64,000 bases of DNA. Source: Paraglomus brasilianum. Its lineage: Eukaryota. The notes beneath the pieces were generated by a model. That model worked only from the letters and a program-made list of their open reading frames with translations. It was not told where the DNA came from and made no database searches. A program made the translations under genes and the position numbers. Below, piece by piece: positions 1-12,277 of the stretch. Positions within the stretch are counted from its first letter, which is position 1. Each line of letters opens with the position of its first letter. The stretch spans positions 1 to 64,000 of the forward strand of contig CAJVPI010000052.1 of assembly GCA_910592345.1 (NCBI GenBank), written 5' to 3'.

Positions 1-3000
1 ATACTCAACCAGAGACCGACGAGTCGTTGATTGATATCAACCCGACTGCTACCGCCGAATATGAGATACAAGAAATTCAACAAACGAAAACTGACGAGAC
101 GTTGACAGCCGATCTCAATACTACGGCTGTTGCTGAAGATGTGACACAAGAAATCAAGGCTGATGAGACGTTGACAGTCGATTTCAATACTGCTGCTGTT
201 GCTGAAGATGAAATTGTTTCCAATAATCAAACACAACAAGAAATTGAAACAAAGGAGACGTTGACTATCGATATAAATACTACTGCTGCTGGTGTGGCTA
301 CTGTCGATGAAATTCCTTCCGTTGAACATACTGATCACCAATATGCTCAAACTGATGACGCTATTATGTTTGATATCAATAATGCTACCATTGCTGAAGA
401 TGAAATCAGTTCGAATAAGCAAATTCGACCAGACGATGCATTATTGAGCGTTACGGAAACTGACATTATTTCGGATGATCAGATTTACCGCCCACAATTC
501 GAGAATACTTTGCTAGATAGCTCACTAATTGATGAGCAACCAGCACTAAATATAGACTCGCCGCCTACACCGCCAAATCTAGTTGCTCCTTCTCCAAAGC
601 CAGCTATGTCGCCATCAAATCCGGTTACATCGCCAAAGCCTGTCACTCCTCCAGTCACACCCCCTCCTTCTCTGGCCTGTTTTTGTTCAGTACAAACTCA
701 GACTGATCCGATAGAATTTGTTGAACTTGTAAAATGGTCTAATCGAGATGCTGTGTCTAATCTTTCTGATGCCTTTACCACTACGCCTAAAACATCAACT
801 TTGACGGAAGACATGAAATCCCGTTTGATCAACATAATACAATCTAGCGGGAAGCCTGCTCCGGATCAGTGGGGTGTGCCGGTTGAGAGTGTTAAGCCTT
901 CTGGAGATGTTTCCAACCCCAAACCATTCTCTAGTTTGACTGTGAATTATTCCGGTTCAGATGGTGATTTTTGGAATCAGACTCCTGTTAATAAGCCTGT
1001 GAATCGGCTCAATCTGGATAACGATTTTTGGAATACTGTTCCGACTACTAGCAAGTCGGTAAATCTGGATAACAACGCTTTGAGTCCTACTTCACTGGCG
1101 AGCAACCCTATGAAGCAACCCACTCCTGACAGTGATAGTTGGGGTCCTGATTCGCCTGCTAACAAGCTTACAGGTCAGCCTTCTCTTGATAATAAACCTA
1201 CAAGTCAATCTACTTCGGTCAATGACGCCTGGAACAAACCTACAAGCCAGCCAATTTCAAACGTTGATGGTTGGGGTTCTGCTGCACCTTCTAGTAAACC
1301 CACGAATCAGTTTACTCCGGATGTTGATTCCTGGGGTCCTGCTTCAACTACAAATAAAATTATTGATGATACTTCGTTCACTAGTAAATCTGCGAATCAG
1401 CCCTCTGCGGACAGTGATTCTTGGGGTCTTACTTCAGATACCAAGAAAAGTGCGGAAAGTGCTTGGACCACTACTCCATCAGCTAGTAAACCCGTAGAGC
1501 AGTCTGCTCCGGATGGTGATTCCTGGGGTCCTACTTCAACTACAAATAAAATTGTTGATGACACTTCGTTCACTAGTAAATCTGCGAATCAGCCTTCTGC
1601 GGACAGTGATTCTTGGGGTCTTACTTCAGATACCAAGAAAAGTGCGGAAAGTGCTTGGACCACTACTCCATCAGCTAGTAAACCTGCAGAACAGTCTGCT
1701 CCGGACACGGATTCCTGGGGTCTTGCTTCAAATGCCAATAAAAGTGTGGAAAATTCTTGGGGCCCTGCTCCGTCTACTAGTAATGATGCTTCGAGTCCTG
1801 ACAAGCAAACGCCTGCCTGGACTTCGGCTCCATCTACCGATCAAAGCAACAATCTAGGTGGGAGTGCTTGGGGTGCAAAACCAACTTCTGACTCTTTCGA
1901 TGTCACTCCTACTGATACTTTCGGCGGCGAATCAAACGATTGGATGAAGCAGGCGGCCGCTTTTTCAAAAGAATTAGGCAATGATGTTAGCTCGGCTGGA
2001 GGAGCTTATGAGACGAACGAGTTTGACAGTAATGCTGATTTGCATAAGACATCGGACACGGATTGGCGTAACGATGAACGTAAGGAGAAAGGGTTCGATA
2101 ACAATTCTAATTTTCGTAGAGATGGTGGTTGTAGAAATTGCGGCGAAGATGGTACGAGATTCGAATGATTATGAATGCTTAACGTATTGTTTGCTTATTG
2201 TTGTGAACGGTCTCATTGATATGCTTGACGTGTTATATCAGGACATTTTGCTCGTGATTGTCCTGAAAAGGCTTCTGGCTCACTATGGTATGCATTATAT
2301 AAGTCATTAGATTACAACACAACATGTTATTAATTAGTAATCGCATTGCTTATTAGCTACAACTGTAATCAGTCTGGTCATATATCAAGAGACTGTCCTG
2401 AAAAGAGTGTGGATAACCGTTCTTGGTACGCGTTATATGTATCAATCTTATATGTTTATGAAACGTTCGTTATCATTGGATAATTGTCTTCTTATTCTTG
2501 TATTTGTATTAGCTACAACTGTCATAAAAGCGGTCATTTGTCAAAAGATTGTCCTGAACGGGGCTCTACTTCTGATGCGTCGTATCAGAGACCAAAGGTT
2601 ACCCCATGTAGGTGTTAATATAATACCACCCCCCTTCCATTACTAGATCGTTTATTTATTTGTTATTATTTATACTGTAACCGTTCACAGGGTCTAAGCA
2701 CGGTCCGGCGAACATGACAGCCGAAGAAGCTTGGAGTGCAATGATGACTGCAGATAAAGATAGGGACATTGATGATTTCAAGGAAGCATTGGAAGAATTT
2801 ACGAAAGCATCGCCTAGTGAGACGTTTGTAACGATCGAGAAGAAACTCAGAGAGAATAGATGTAATGCGAGACTAGTAGCATTTGTAAGTTTTATTGATA
2901 CTCTAATATCAATGAATGCGGAAGTCGATATATAGGGCTGCAAATACTTAAATTCGGTTTACCTTGGATTACTTTCATCTGTGCGAATCTGCCGGTTCTT

Positions 3001-4959
3001 TAGCGTCGAGATATTCCCTTACAGAACTGTCTAATCGACTACCAAGGAAATATGGACAAGACTTACGTCATGAATGTCATTATGGGTTCTCCCGACGTTC
3101 TGGCAAAAACCGTTGGGGAGCGTCCAAATTCAGAAGAAGAAAATTTGAAATGGTTAGCAGATGCTGGAATTTTGAGATTTACTCCAGAGCCTATTTGTTA
3201 TAATTGTGAACAGAAAGGGCATGTTACGAAGTATGTTTGAGAAATGGTGGTTTATTTATTAAGATTCAGGTACTAATAATGGTTTTTACTTTCAGAGATT
3301 GTCCGGAGCCTAAGAAAGGTATACTTGAAAGATTTGTTTTGAGAGAAAAGCTGCATTGATATGATTAACATTTATTGTATGATGTAGATGTCGAACGCCA
3401 TGTACCGCTCAGTTGTCAAAAATGTGGATCTGCTGACCATATGACAAAGTAAGTGCATTTGTAATAATTTCGAAACTTGCAGCATTGAAGAATAACATGG
3501 AAGTTCATCTTAGGTTTTGTAAAGAACCGCGATCTGACTTTCAATCTGAAGGTATGTGTTGTATAATTGCGGATATTATCAAGTGAATTAATATTCTCTA
3601 ATTTGATTTAACTTTCTCTAGCGCGTGATCGAAAAAGCGAATCGCGCAGGTAAAAGGCGTTCATTGTTCCGTTGAAGCTGATTAATTTAATTCCAGGGCT
3701 GATCAATTATTATCAATGCAAAACAGGTTCGGAGAGGACGATTGGAATAAACCATGTAAGCCACTTGAAAGCATATAAATTATACTGTTTGCGTCTTAAA
3801 TACCATTAATGTCAATTATCGTAAATTTATTTCTCATTTCGCATGACCAGCATTTTCTATGGATAGTGGTGGATTTGATGACAAGGGACGGAGCCGATCT
3901 CGCTCAAAGCCCTCTCAGACATGCCACAAGTGTAACGGCGAGGGACACATAGCCAGGGAATGCACAGAAGGTGGGACCGGCAATTATCAAGGATTTCGCC
4001 GTAATAATAGCAGAGATGATGGAAATGATGAGTACGGTTCTCGCCATAATAATAGCAGAGATGATGGAAATGCTGAGTACGGTTCTCGCCGTAATAATAG
4101 TTACGGAAATAGCTACGATCGCAATAGCAGAGATGATGGAAATGCTGAGTACGGTTCTCGCCGTAATAATAGTTACGGAAATAGCTATGATCGCAATACC
4201 AAGTCTTATCCTAACGAGCCATGGGCTAAGAAAACGGATACAGAATGGAAAGCAGGGCCAACGGCTCGTACCAACGATGATAATTGGGAGCCCTCTCAGG
4301 GACACACAGCCAGGGAATTCACAGAAGGTGGGACCGGCAATTATCAAGGATTTCGCCGTAATAATAGCAGAGATGATGAGTACGGTTCTCGCCGTAATAA
4401 TAGCAGAGATGATGGAAATGCTGAGTACGGTTCTCGCCGTAATAATAGCAAAGATGATGGAAATGCTGAGTACGGTTCTCGTCGTAATAATAGCAGAGAT
4501 GATGAGTACGGTTCTCGCCGTAATAATAGCAGAGATGATGAAAATGCTGAGTACGGTTCTCGCCGTAATAATAGTTACGGAAATAGCTATGATCGCAATA
4601 CCAAGTCAGGGCCAACGGCTCGTACCAGCGATGATAGCTGGGGTTCGAAGCCGCAGCAGCCTTCGAGTACGAGTGCGCATTGGGACTCGAATTATGGCAC
4701 TAAGAAAGAAGATAGCTGGGGAAGCAATAAAGGCGATAGTCATAACCGTGCATATGGTGGTAGCAAACAGGAATGGAACTCGTACGAGAGTAAAGAGGAA
4801 AATTATTCGCTTAATCGTGGTAGAAACCAACAGACCAAGGAGGTACTCTCTGGTAGGGGTGACGTTCTTGAACACCAAGGGGAACAAGATAGTTATCGAC
4901 CTAGGAGGAAAACTAGTGGGGATGAGCAGCCATCATTAGTAGCCGATCCTTGGTGGTAG
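1..4959 (+). CDS. 5'-partial multi-exon CCHC zinc-knuckle protein with WG repeats (fungal CnjB-like family)
   Basis: The frame is open from the window start. Spliced exons give knuckles CRNCGEDG|HFARDCPE, CYNCNQSGHISRDCPE, CYNCHKSGHLSKDCPE, CYNCEQKGHVTK|DCPE, CQKCGSADHMTK|FC and CHKCNGEGHIARECTE. The central domain AEEAWSAMMTADKDRDIDDFKEAL...TFVTIEKKLRE resembles fungal 'CnjB-like' knuckle proteins. Stop TAG at 4957-4959. Confidence 0.8.
1315..1730 (+). repeat. Coding tandem duplication, 192-nt (64 aa) unit, two copies plus a partial third
   Basis: Unit starts CTCCGGA..GATTCCTGGGGTC at 1315, 1507 and 1699. The first two copies are near-identical. Confidence 0.9.
3997..4600 (+). repeat. Coding minisatellite encoding SRRNNSRDD(GNA)EYG units
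   Basis: Repeated CGCCGTAATAATAGCAGAGATGATGGAAATGCTGAGTACGGTTCT units of 36-45 nt, in two blocks that are themselves duplicated. Confidence 0.9.
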
Positions 4960-6401
4960 TGGATTGGTGGGGACGGTTAGTAGGTGATTAAAATGACCAA
5001 GAGTGATTTTTAGTTTTTCAATTATTACTTTAATTTGTCTATATCTCTTTTCAATAAACTACTCTTATTGAGTATTAAAATTAAAGGCTTGCTCATGTAC
5101 TCGTCACATGTTCATAACTAGCCAGAAGACTCTGCTCAAGCATAGATGCTAATGTTTACAGAATGCTTAAAATGAAGAACCTACCAATCGGCAGTCATTT
5201 TATTATCAAATCTTTCTTTAGGTTATCAGTGCTTCGGAACTCTTAAACCAGACAAAGATCAATTTGGAATAGTTGAAGTGCAAGTAGCTCAGGGATAAGA
5301 CTAATATTGTCACTCACAATCTGCTGAAATTCCTGCATAATTATTGATGCAAGCGTGGTAGCTAAATTTATCGAAACCTTTACGTTCGCGTAACGTATTA
5401 ATTACAATATGTTCCCCGCTATTATATTTAACCATGAAACATAACCACGGGATAATTTATTTTTTGTATAATATTTACGTTGTAAACATTTTACGGACGT
5501 AAAAACGGATATACAGTCCCGTCTCATCAGAACATAATTAATTTGTTCGCGTCTGCTTTATCTTGAATACCAATAAAAGCGGTTTGCGCGGACTGAGATA
5601 ATAAACTTACTTACCTGTTGATCAGAATAATCTTTTATTTTCAGTTACTAGATAATATAAATTATCATCCACTAATTTATACTGTAATCCATTCTGCTTT
5701 AAATGTTGACAAGTATCGCATAAATAGTACGAAGAAAGAGAAAGTTCTTCACGGCTGTAGCAATGTCAACGGCTATTTTGGTCTTTCATCGCGGTACTCT
5801 TTTTACATTACCATGAATACGTGATAGTATTGTATACCATTTGTCGCCAGGTCGTTTTCGAAGTAAGCGTGGCCAATTCCTGATACGGGATCAAATACCA
5901 CAATATAAGGCGAGTACTTATTAGTGCTTTCTCACTAATAATACTCAAACGCTCACAATATAAATAAAGATTATACACGTACATTTGTAATACCAAATCT
6001 CGTAGTATAATTAATACTCTAAGTAATTTGTAATGTGAGGATTGCTGCGTACTTTCGTGGTCATTTCGCTAATAAGGAATAACACAGAAACCTACGCGTT
6101 ATGACAATACATATCGTTTCTAATTTACAGATATCGGTGGAACTATGTGCAAAAAGCGAACGATGGAATAATTACAAGATTAAAATGAATTAGCGCAATG
6201 CTATTCTCTGTTTATACTAGAAAGCCAAAGCGCGAAAAAGTTGCTACAACCTTCGTACAGGAATATCTAAAAATAAAAATGTAATAAGCAGTCTTTTTGG
6301 AATGTATTGCAGCAAGAGTTTACGTGCGCTTTATTGCCAAGCTATTTAGTTTACTTTGCTTTTTTAATGCATTATTATTATCAGCCACATTGAGATTTTC
6401 A

Positions 6402-6530
6402 AGCCACACTATCCGTTTATGGTGAAAAGTTCATTTTCTGATTCTGCCCATATTAATATTTAATAGCTAGATTAATTGGTCTTCCAGCCACACCATCCAT
6501 TTATGGTGAAAAGTTCATTGTCAGATTCTG
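6402..6530. repeat. Imperfect ~45-bp direct repeat
   Basis: AGCCACAC.ATCC.TTTATGGTGAAAAGTTCATT.TC.GATTCTG at about 6402 and 6486. Confidence 0.8.
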
Positions 6531-6737
6531 TCCCAACAGCAGATCTGTGAAAAAACAAAGTTGACAGACTTGTCTTACCCTGCCCCTGAAAATATTTGCT
6601 AATCTTATTTATACTACGTATACTCTCATTGTCAGTTGAATTCTTTACTAGCTAGCATACATTCTCTTCAAAACTCTTATACTGCGTATATTTATGTTAG
6701 CATATATTTTGTTAAACCTGATTGATCAAATATATAC

Positions 6738-8931
6738 ATGCTTGTTCCAGCTGGATACAAAGACTACAAAGTCGATAAGAACTTCAATACCGTAGACAAG
6801 TTTTTCTACGCACAACCCTTAGAAATATGGAATGATTTCGATGCTTTTGCGAACGAGGTTGCAGGTACATGCTCCACACCCGACACCATATTCAAATTGT
6901 ACTGCAGTTCTCTGAAAACTCTAAGACATTCGACACGGATCCCGAAGAGCGTTCGCGACTACGCCGGTGCATTACATGATTTAATTAGAGTACGTAGAAG
7001 GGGAAGCAAGTATATAACAAGGATCACTAATTCTCAATTGTTTGAATAGTCAACAAAAAGGGTGCGTGTGTTTGAGCAAGCAAGGCTTGCAATCGCGACT
7101 GCATGTGACAAGTCGAAGACGGCTGCAGCACAGGTGAGCTGGTAAAGAGATAACGAGGATATTAAAGTATAGGGCAAGTGTGGTCTTAACGCATTTTCCT
7201 TGCACAAGGCATCAACGACTGGCATACTGAAAAGGTCAACCTACGCAGCAATGGCAGAATTCGGGATTGAATATACCAGATCAATCAAGAAGTCGCGAAC
7301 TAGTACGAGACCGGAGGAAGAGAATCCTGTAGAGACGAAGAATTCGGAAGAGCCAGAAAACTTTGGGGAGGCACGAGCAGAGGAAACAGCAGGTCCAGAA
7401 GTGGAACTAGCAGAAGACGAAGACGACCTAGACGTGTTATGGGAACCAGAATCTCCATTTATTGACAAACTTCGAAAAATTCTCCGGGACATGTCAAAAT
7501 CGAACAATTATTTTGATAAAAAGTAATACAATCTATTTGCGACTGTTTGTAATTTGTTTATTTTTTTCTTACATGAATTCTGACACATCCTCTCGTCTCT
7601 TGGTAGACTTGCTCAGAATGGAATAATCCGCTTGTCATCTCGGAAAGAAGACGAACCATCACAAATGAAGAATGAAGTGAAAAAGAGGCTAACAGATGAC
7701 GAAATTAATTCCCTCAAAAGTATGCTACAGATATCTGGCGTGGATGCGTTGGATGGTTATATAGACTTATCGGCGGTATGCTACAATTCTTATCATAACT
7801 AGCTTGTAGAAGTGTGACAGTATGACAAATGACAAGATTATTGCTGATCTCTGACAGAGGACGTTACCTGAAATGAGGCAACGACTTGATAACTGTGGGT
7901 CACCAACAAGTGAACAGTGTCGGGCAGTGAGATCTCTTCAGGACCTTTTGTGAGTACATGCTTTTTACAAGACTGGATTTGACATGTCATTGACGGACTT
8001 TATTTTAATTGTAGTATTACTGGTTTAGAAGGCAAAGCTGACCTGCTGTTTTCAATGCCGGAGCGAACGTGGACGGTCAAATACATTGCACCCTTATTCG
8101 AACGTTGTCTTGGAGATGCACATCATCTGACGTCCTTCTGGTTAGTTGTGCAGGCGTATAAGTAATCATGCTTTTGCACAATTTATCATTTACTAAAACT
8201 TCATATGCATGCTATTAGGTGTGAAAAGGGAGATGTAGATGTTGTTAAGAGTCGCGAGAAAGAGCACAACTTGTGGGATGGAGTGTTCTGCGATGTGGAG
8301 GAAACAAAGAAACCACATATGCTTCTGGTCGAAGTTTCGGGGGGGACGGATGGTGTTTCGAAAAAGAAGGCTGAAGGCGATCTATTAAAATTAGCGAACG
8401 GAATGAGGCGTCATCTCATTAGAGTTGGATGTTGTATAAGAGGCATTGACATAACACGCTGTAGAGAACTTCGGGTCGCTGGGGTTCACATAATAGGTAA
8501 GACTGTACAAAGTAAAGTCGTTGCAAAACATGTGCTAGTTTTCATTAACGCTCTATTAATATGTAATAAAGCCAATGTATTATACTTTCAGGCCATGATG
8601 ATGATTGGAAAGGGGGTTTTTGTAATGTGGGAATGGAGCAATAAGAAGATACCCCGTTCTATCCAGGATATGTGGAGCCTGCCAAGCACATTGGGGTCAA
8701 TATATACATTGAAGGTGTGTATTTGCGATCCCGATGTTTTATGCTAATAATACCTTGTGATGACAAGCAACGTGTTGGTTTCTTGTATAGGCATTGCTTA
8801 TGAGAACGAAATCTATTATCGTCGATTCAAAGTATACAGAGTCAAAGACTTATGAATTGGATCATTCAACCGGACTCTCGTCTCCCGCTCGTGAGACTGA
8901 TACGCCTTGGGAGTCGTACTTCGATCTATGA
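6738..8931 (+). CDS. Multi-exon uncharacterised protein with a C-terminal PD-(D/E)XK-like fold
   Basis: ORFs at 6738, 7200 and 8205 are linked by GT-AG introns. Motifs ERTWTVKYIAPLF, W|CEK, LWDGVF, LLVEVSGG, DLLKL and GVHI resemble restriction-endonuclease-fold families expanded in Mucoromycota. Last exon ends ...WESYFDL* at 8931. Confidence 0.55.
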
Positions 8932-9851
8932 CAGGTAGATAACGATATTTGATTGTATAGGCAATCTCAAGGATGAATGTATATATGTGTGTGTCCGTCT
9001 GTGTGTATGCGTAGTTATCACCAACGTAATATATCTCGTATCTGATGATTAGGTTTAGTACTCTCGAACTTTGTTCTTGACCGCTTGTGAACTGCAAACG
9101 ACGACATATCATGCAACAAAGTCAAAGGATGATCAGGTGTTCAAGAATTTTGTATTTATTATTCTGTAATAATTAGTTCATTCGAAATTAATGAATTGCT
9201 ACAACAGGAAATAGAAAAGTGAACATTACAGGAGTCTTATTAAACGCTGACTAGTGCTTTATAAATTAATTATGCGAGCTTTCGGTAAACTGAAAATCAA
9301 TAAAATTGCTTTTTATCCGATCGTATAGACTTCTAATAAGACATTTTCATAAGAACACAAGCAAGGAGGATTGAACATAGAAAGTAATCTGTGAAAAAAG
9401 ATTTAATAATTCACGACTACTAACAGAATTTGTTAACATCTGAGAAAATAACATTAGTTGCGCGAGTCTCTCTTTCGGACATGAAGCACGTATACTATTG
9501 CGGATAACCAGATGAGAGTATCATCCAAATTCAGAAAATTCTGAGCCTTACATGAGACATACTTATCTTTACAATTATTACTTCTATTACTTCTGTTATT
9601 ATTTCCGTTCTCTTTATCTCAGGTCGTTCTCGTTAGTAGCTGACGGACTTACGAGTGGGCAAGTTCATGTCCACACTCTTCGCCAACCACTTAACTCAAA
9701 GAAGTATCGGGAAAACATTCACTCGGAATGCATTACTTATAGAGATGCAAAGAATAAAAGACTTTCAAAGAAGGTTGCGCTGAGGACTAGTGAGCACCGC
9801 TACGCGCAGCGCGCAGCAGCTCAGCTAACAGTTCTCACTGAAGAGACTATT

Positions 9852-10035
9852 ACCCTGCATCAGTACTTCCGCTGGATCCCTACCAGGAGGGCTGCGAACA
9901 CGGTTTCGTTTACAGGGTCAGAAAGCTGAACTGCCTCACCGTCTTCCTAAGGAAGGAGCACCCCAAATTTCTTGCATCAGTACTCCCGCTGGACCCCTCC
10001 AGGAGGGCTGCGAACACGGTTTCGTTTACAGGAAG
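9852..10035. repeat. Two copies of a ~60-bp GC-rich hairpin element
   Basis: TGCATCAGTACT(T/C)CCGCTGGA...CCAGGAGGGCTGCGAACACGGTTTCGTTTACAGG at 9856-9916 and 9973-10032. Confidence 0.85.
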
Positions 10036-11179
10036 TAGAGTTCCTCCCTTAGCAGCAATGGCAACCATGTTTAACAAGCTTGAAGCAGAAAGAAATGATA
10101 ACAGTTAACGCTGCAAAAGTAGCCACTTACCCATGACTGATTATTACAGCGACCGATGAGTATGGGCGTAAAGACTTTGATCATGTGATCTGAACCAACC
10201 AAATCAACGCTTGAACAATATGATTATTAATATTGTGGACACAAAGAATTCTATACTAATACTACCATATTAATATATTTATCTTTACGCCCTGGCATAT
10301 TATAATAATATATACTCAAATGTCTACAATGCGACAACGAAAGGCGGCGAATTCCAGCAAAGGTACTTTGAAGCAAAAAACCTCAAGAAGGAAAAAAAAA
10401 AAAGTCTGGTGAAGGTATGAACTGCAGTTTATGGTCGAACGACAAGTGCTAGAAAGGTTCACTGGGAAATACAGAACCTCTGTCATCGATATCAGAGTTG
10501 CAAGCTTTCGTCAAGCGACAAGGGTCCGAAGAGGAGAAATTATTACCTGGGGAATATTATTTCAGAATAAGGAATTAAGAGGAAAAATCCCATCACTATT
10601 CGGCTGCCAGGTCCTGAAATCCAGTTGAGCTGTTATTTCTCTGAAGCTTGTTTCTACTTCTTGTGCTTCGTCCGAATCCATGCGTTCTTAATATTGTTGC
10701 GGCTGCTCATTATTTGTTGCTATTGTTCCTGACACTTCGCCTGAATCCTTCCTTGTCCACCCATTGCTTTTGTTTCCTTGCACTCTGCCATATTCACATA
10801 ACCATTGCATCCGTCTTTCTCTTCCTTTCGCTTGCGACCGCCCAAACCATCCCACCAATATTGATATAGATAAAGATCGCAGGGAATACATTGATGATCT
10901 GCTTGAATTATGTAAGGCGTCGAAAGAAGATTCTTTTACAGATAGTGTAGATTTGAAGCTGTTACCATGTCCTCTCTCCCTCTCTAATGACCTTGGGGTC
11001 TCCAAAGGATATGTAAAGTTTATTACGGATCGGCAAATCAGCTATTGAACCGATATTTTTCATAGATTGCCAATAAATTTTACATTGTTCACCCATTGGT
11101 CATTATTATATTACGTGACATCAAATCTCGCGTGAATTGTTTACATGCTTTGATTTTTTACAAGCGTGCCCAAGACAAG

Positions 11180-11810
11180 AGAATTGTCTGAATTCGAACG
11201 AGGTTGTATAATTGGTGGTCCCGAACTCGGTCATTTTTGCTGAAACTGCAAGAAAGTGTGGAATCACGATGAGTCTAATAAGGCGAATCGTCCAGAAATA
11301 CAACGAACATAAAACGGTTGCTAATTTGAAGGGAAGAGGTCGAAAAAGACTCTTAAATGAGAATGATGTTCGGCAGTTAAAACGATTGATAACAAGTACC
11401 AAATATAGACACACGATGGAAGAACTGAAGTTGGGCTGATAATTACGAATTCACGGTATTCTTAAGCATGCGGATGTACGATTGCAAGTGATCGGGAGCA
11501 AGCATTAGCTGAAATTACGAATACATTTAACCGGGTATTATGGATGTCTAGCTAAGAAAAAGCCATTGGTTTCAGAAGCCAATAAAAAAACCGATTAGAA
11601 TTTGCAAGGAACACGGAACACTACACTGAACTATTCATAAATGTCTTTTATTAAAATTGTCTATCCCCTGCTGTAAAGCATGCTCCGGGAGTGATGCTTT
11701 ACAAGAACTGAGGTTGGGCCATTAGTGATACTTGAAAGGATCAGTAACAGCTAAGGTCTATGCGAAGCTGCTCGAATGTTGTTACATTCATGAGAAGACT
11801 TGGAAAAGCA
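11180..11810 (+). mobile_element. Degenerate Tc1/IS630-type transposase remnant
   Basis: HTH region ARKCGITMSLIRRIVQKYNEHKTVANLKGRGRKRLL, then AKKKPLVSEANKK-RLEFAR. Contains stops and frameshifts; no TIRs identified. Confidence 0.75.
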
Positions 11811-12277
11811 TGAATTTTTGTTTGATGCCCCCAACCAATGTGAATTATAAATATGTTCTAGTTTATTAACTCTAAATTACAAACGGGGTAATAAAACTTT
11901 CGCTTAGTAGGAACTTTAACTTCGCCAAATTATGCCTTTCTGGGAAAAGTGAGGCAGTCTTTGTGATTTTGTTGCTTGAGAATGAATTGTTTTAGCATTA
12001 GCACTCTTATTAATAATTGCATCTATAATTATAATAAGGAGTTGTTAGGTCCCCCCAGTAGCATCCGTCGTACGCAATACAACATGAAACATGACTCCAG
12101 ATACTAAATTCGTCTAAATTCATATTATTGTTTGCAATCATGATGCACTTTATGTACACTAATATTATTGTTATTATTAATATTATATAAAGCCTTTTCT
12201 CGCATAATATATCTGTCAAATTGACATCTATGGTGCTAATTATAACTACGCAGATTTAATATATATTTGCCTTTCAC

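Noticed and set aside
3904..4939. Long alternative-frame and antisense ORFs (e.g. 3971-4939)
   Set aside because: Artefacts of the stop-poor coding minisatellite.
9856..10032. Hammerhead or twister ribozyme reading of the duplicated element
   Set aside because: The minus strand has CUGAUGC rather than CUGANGA and lacks a proper stem III. The plus strand lacks the twister UAA and CCCAAGC core.
10321..11048. Short ORFs upstream of the Tc1 remnant
   Set aside because: No recognisable domain or consistent exon structure.
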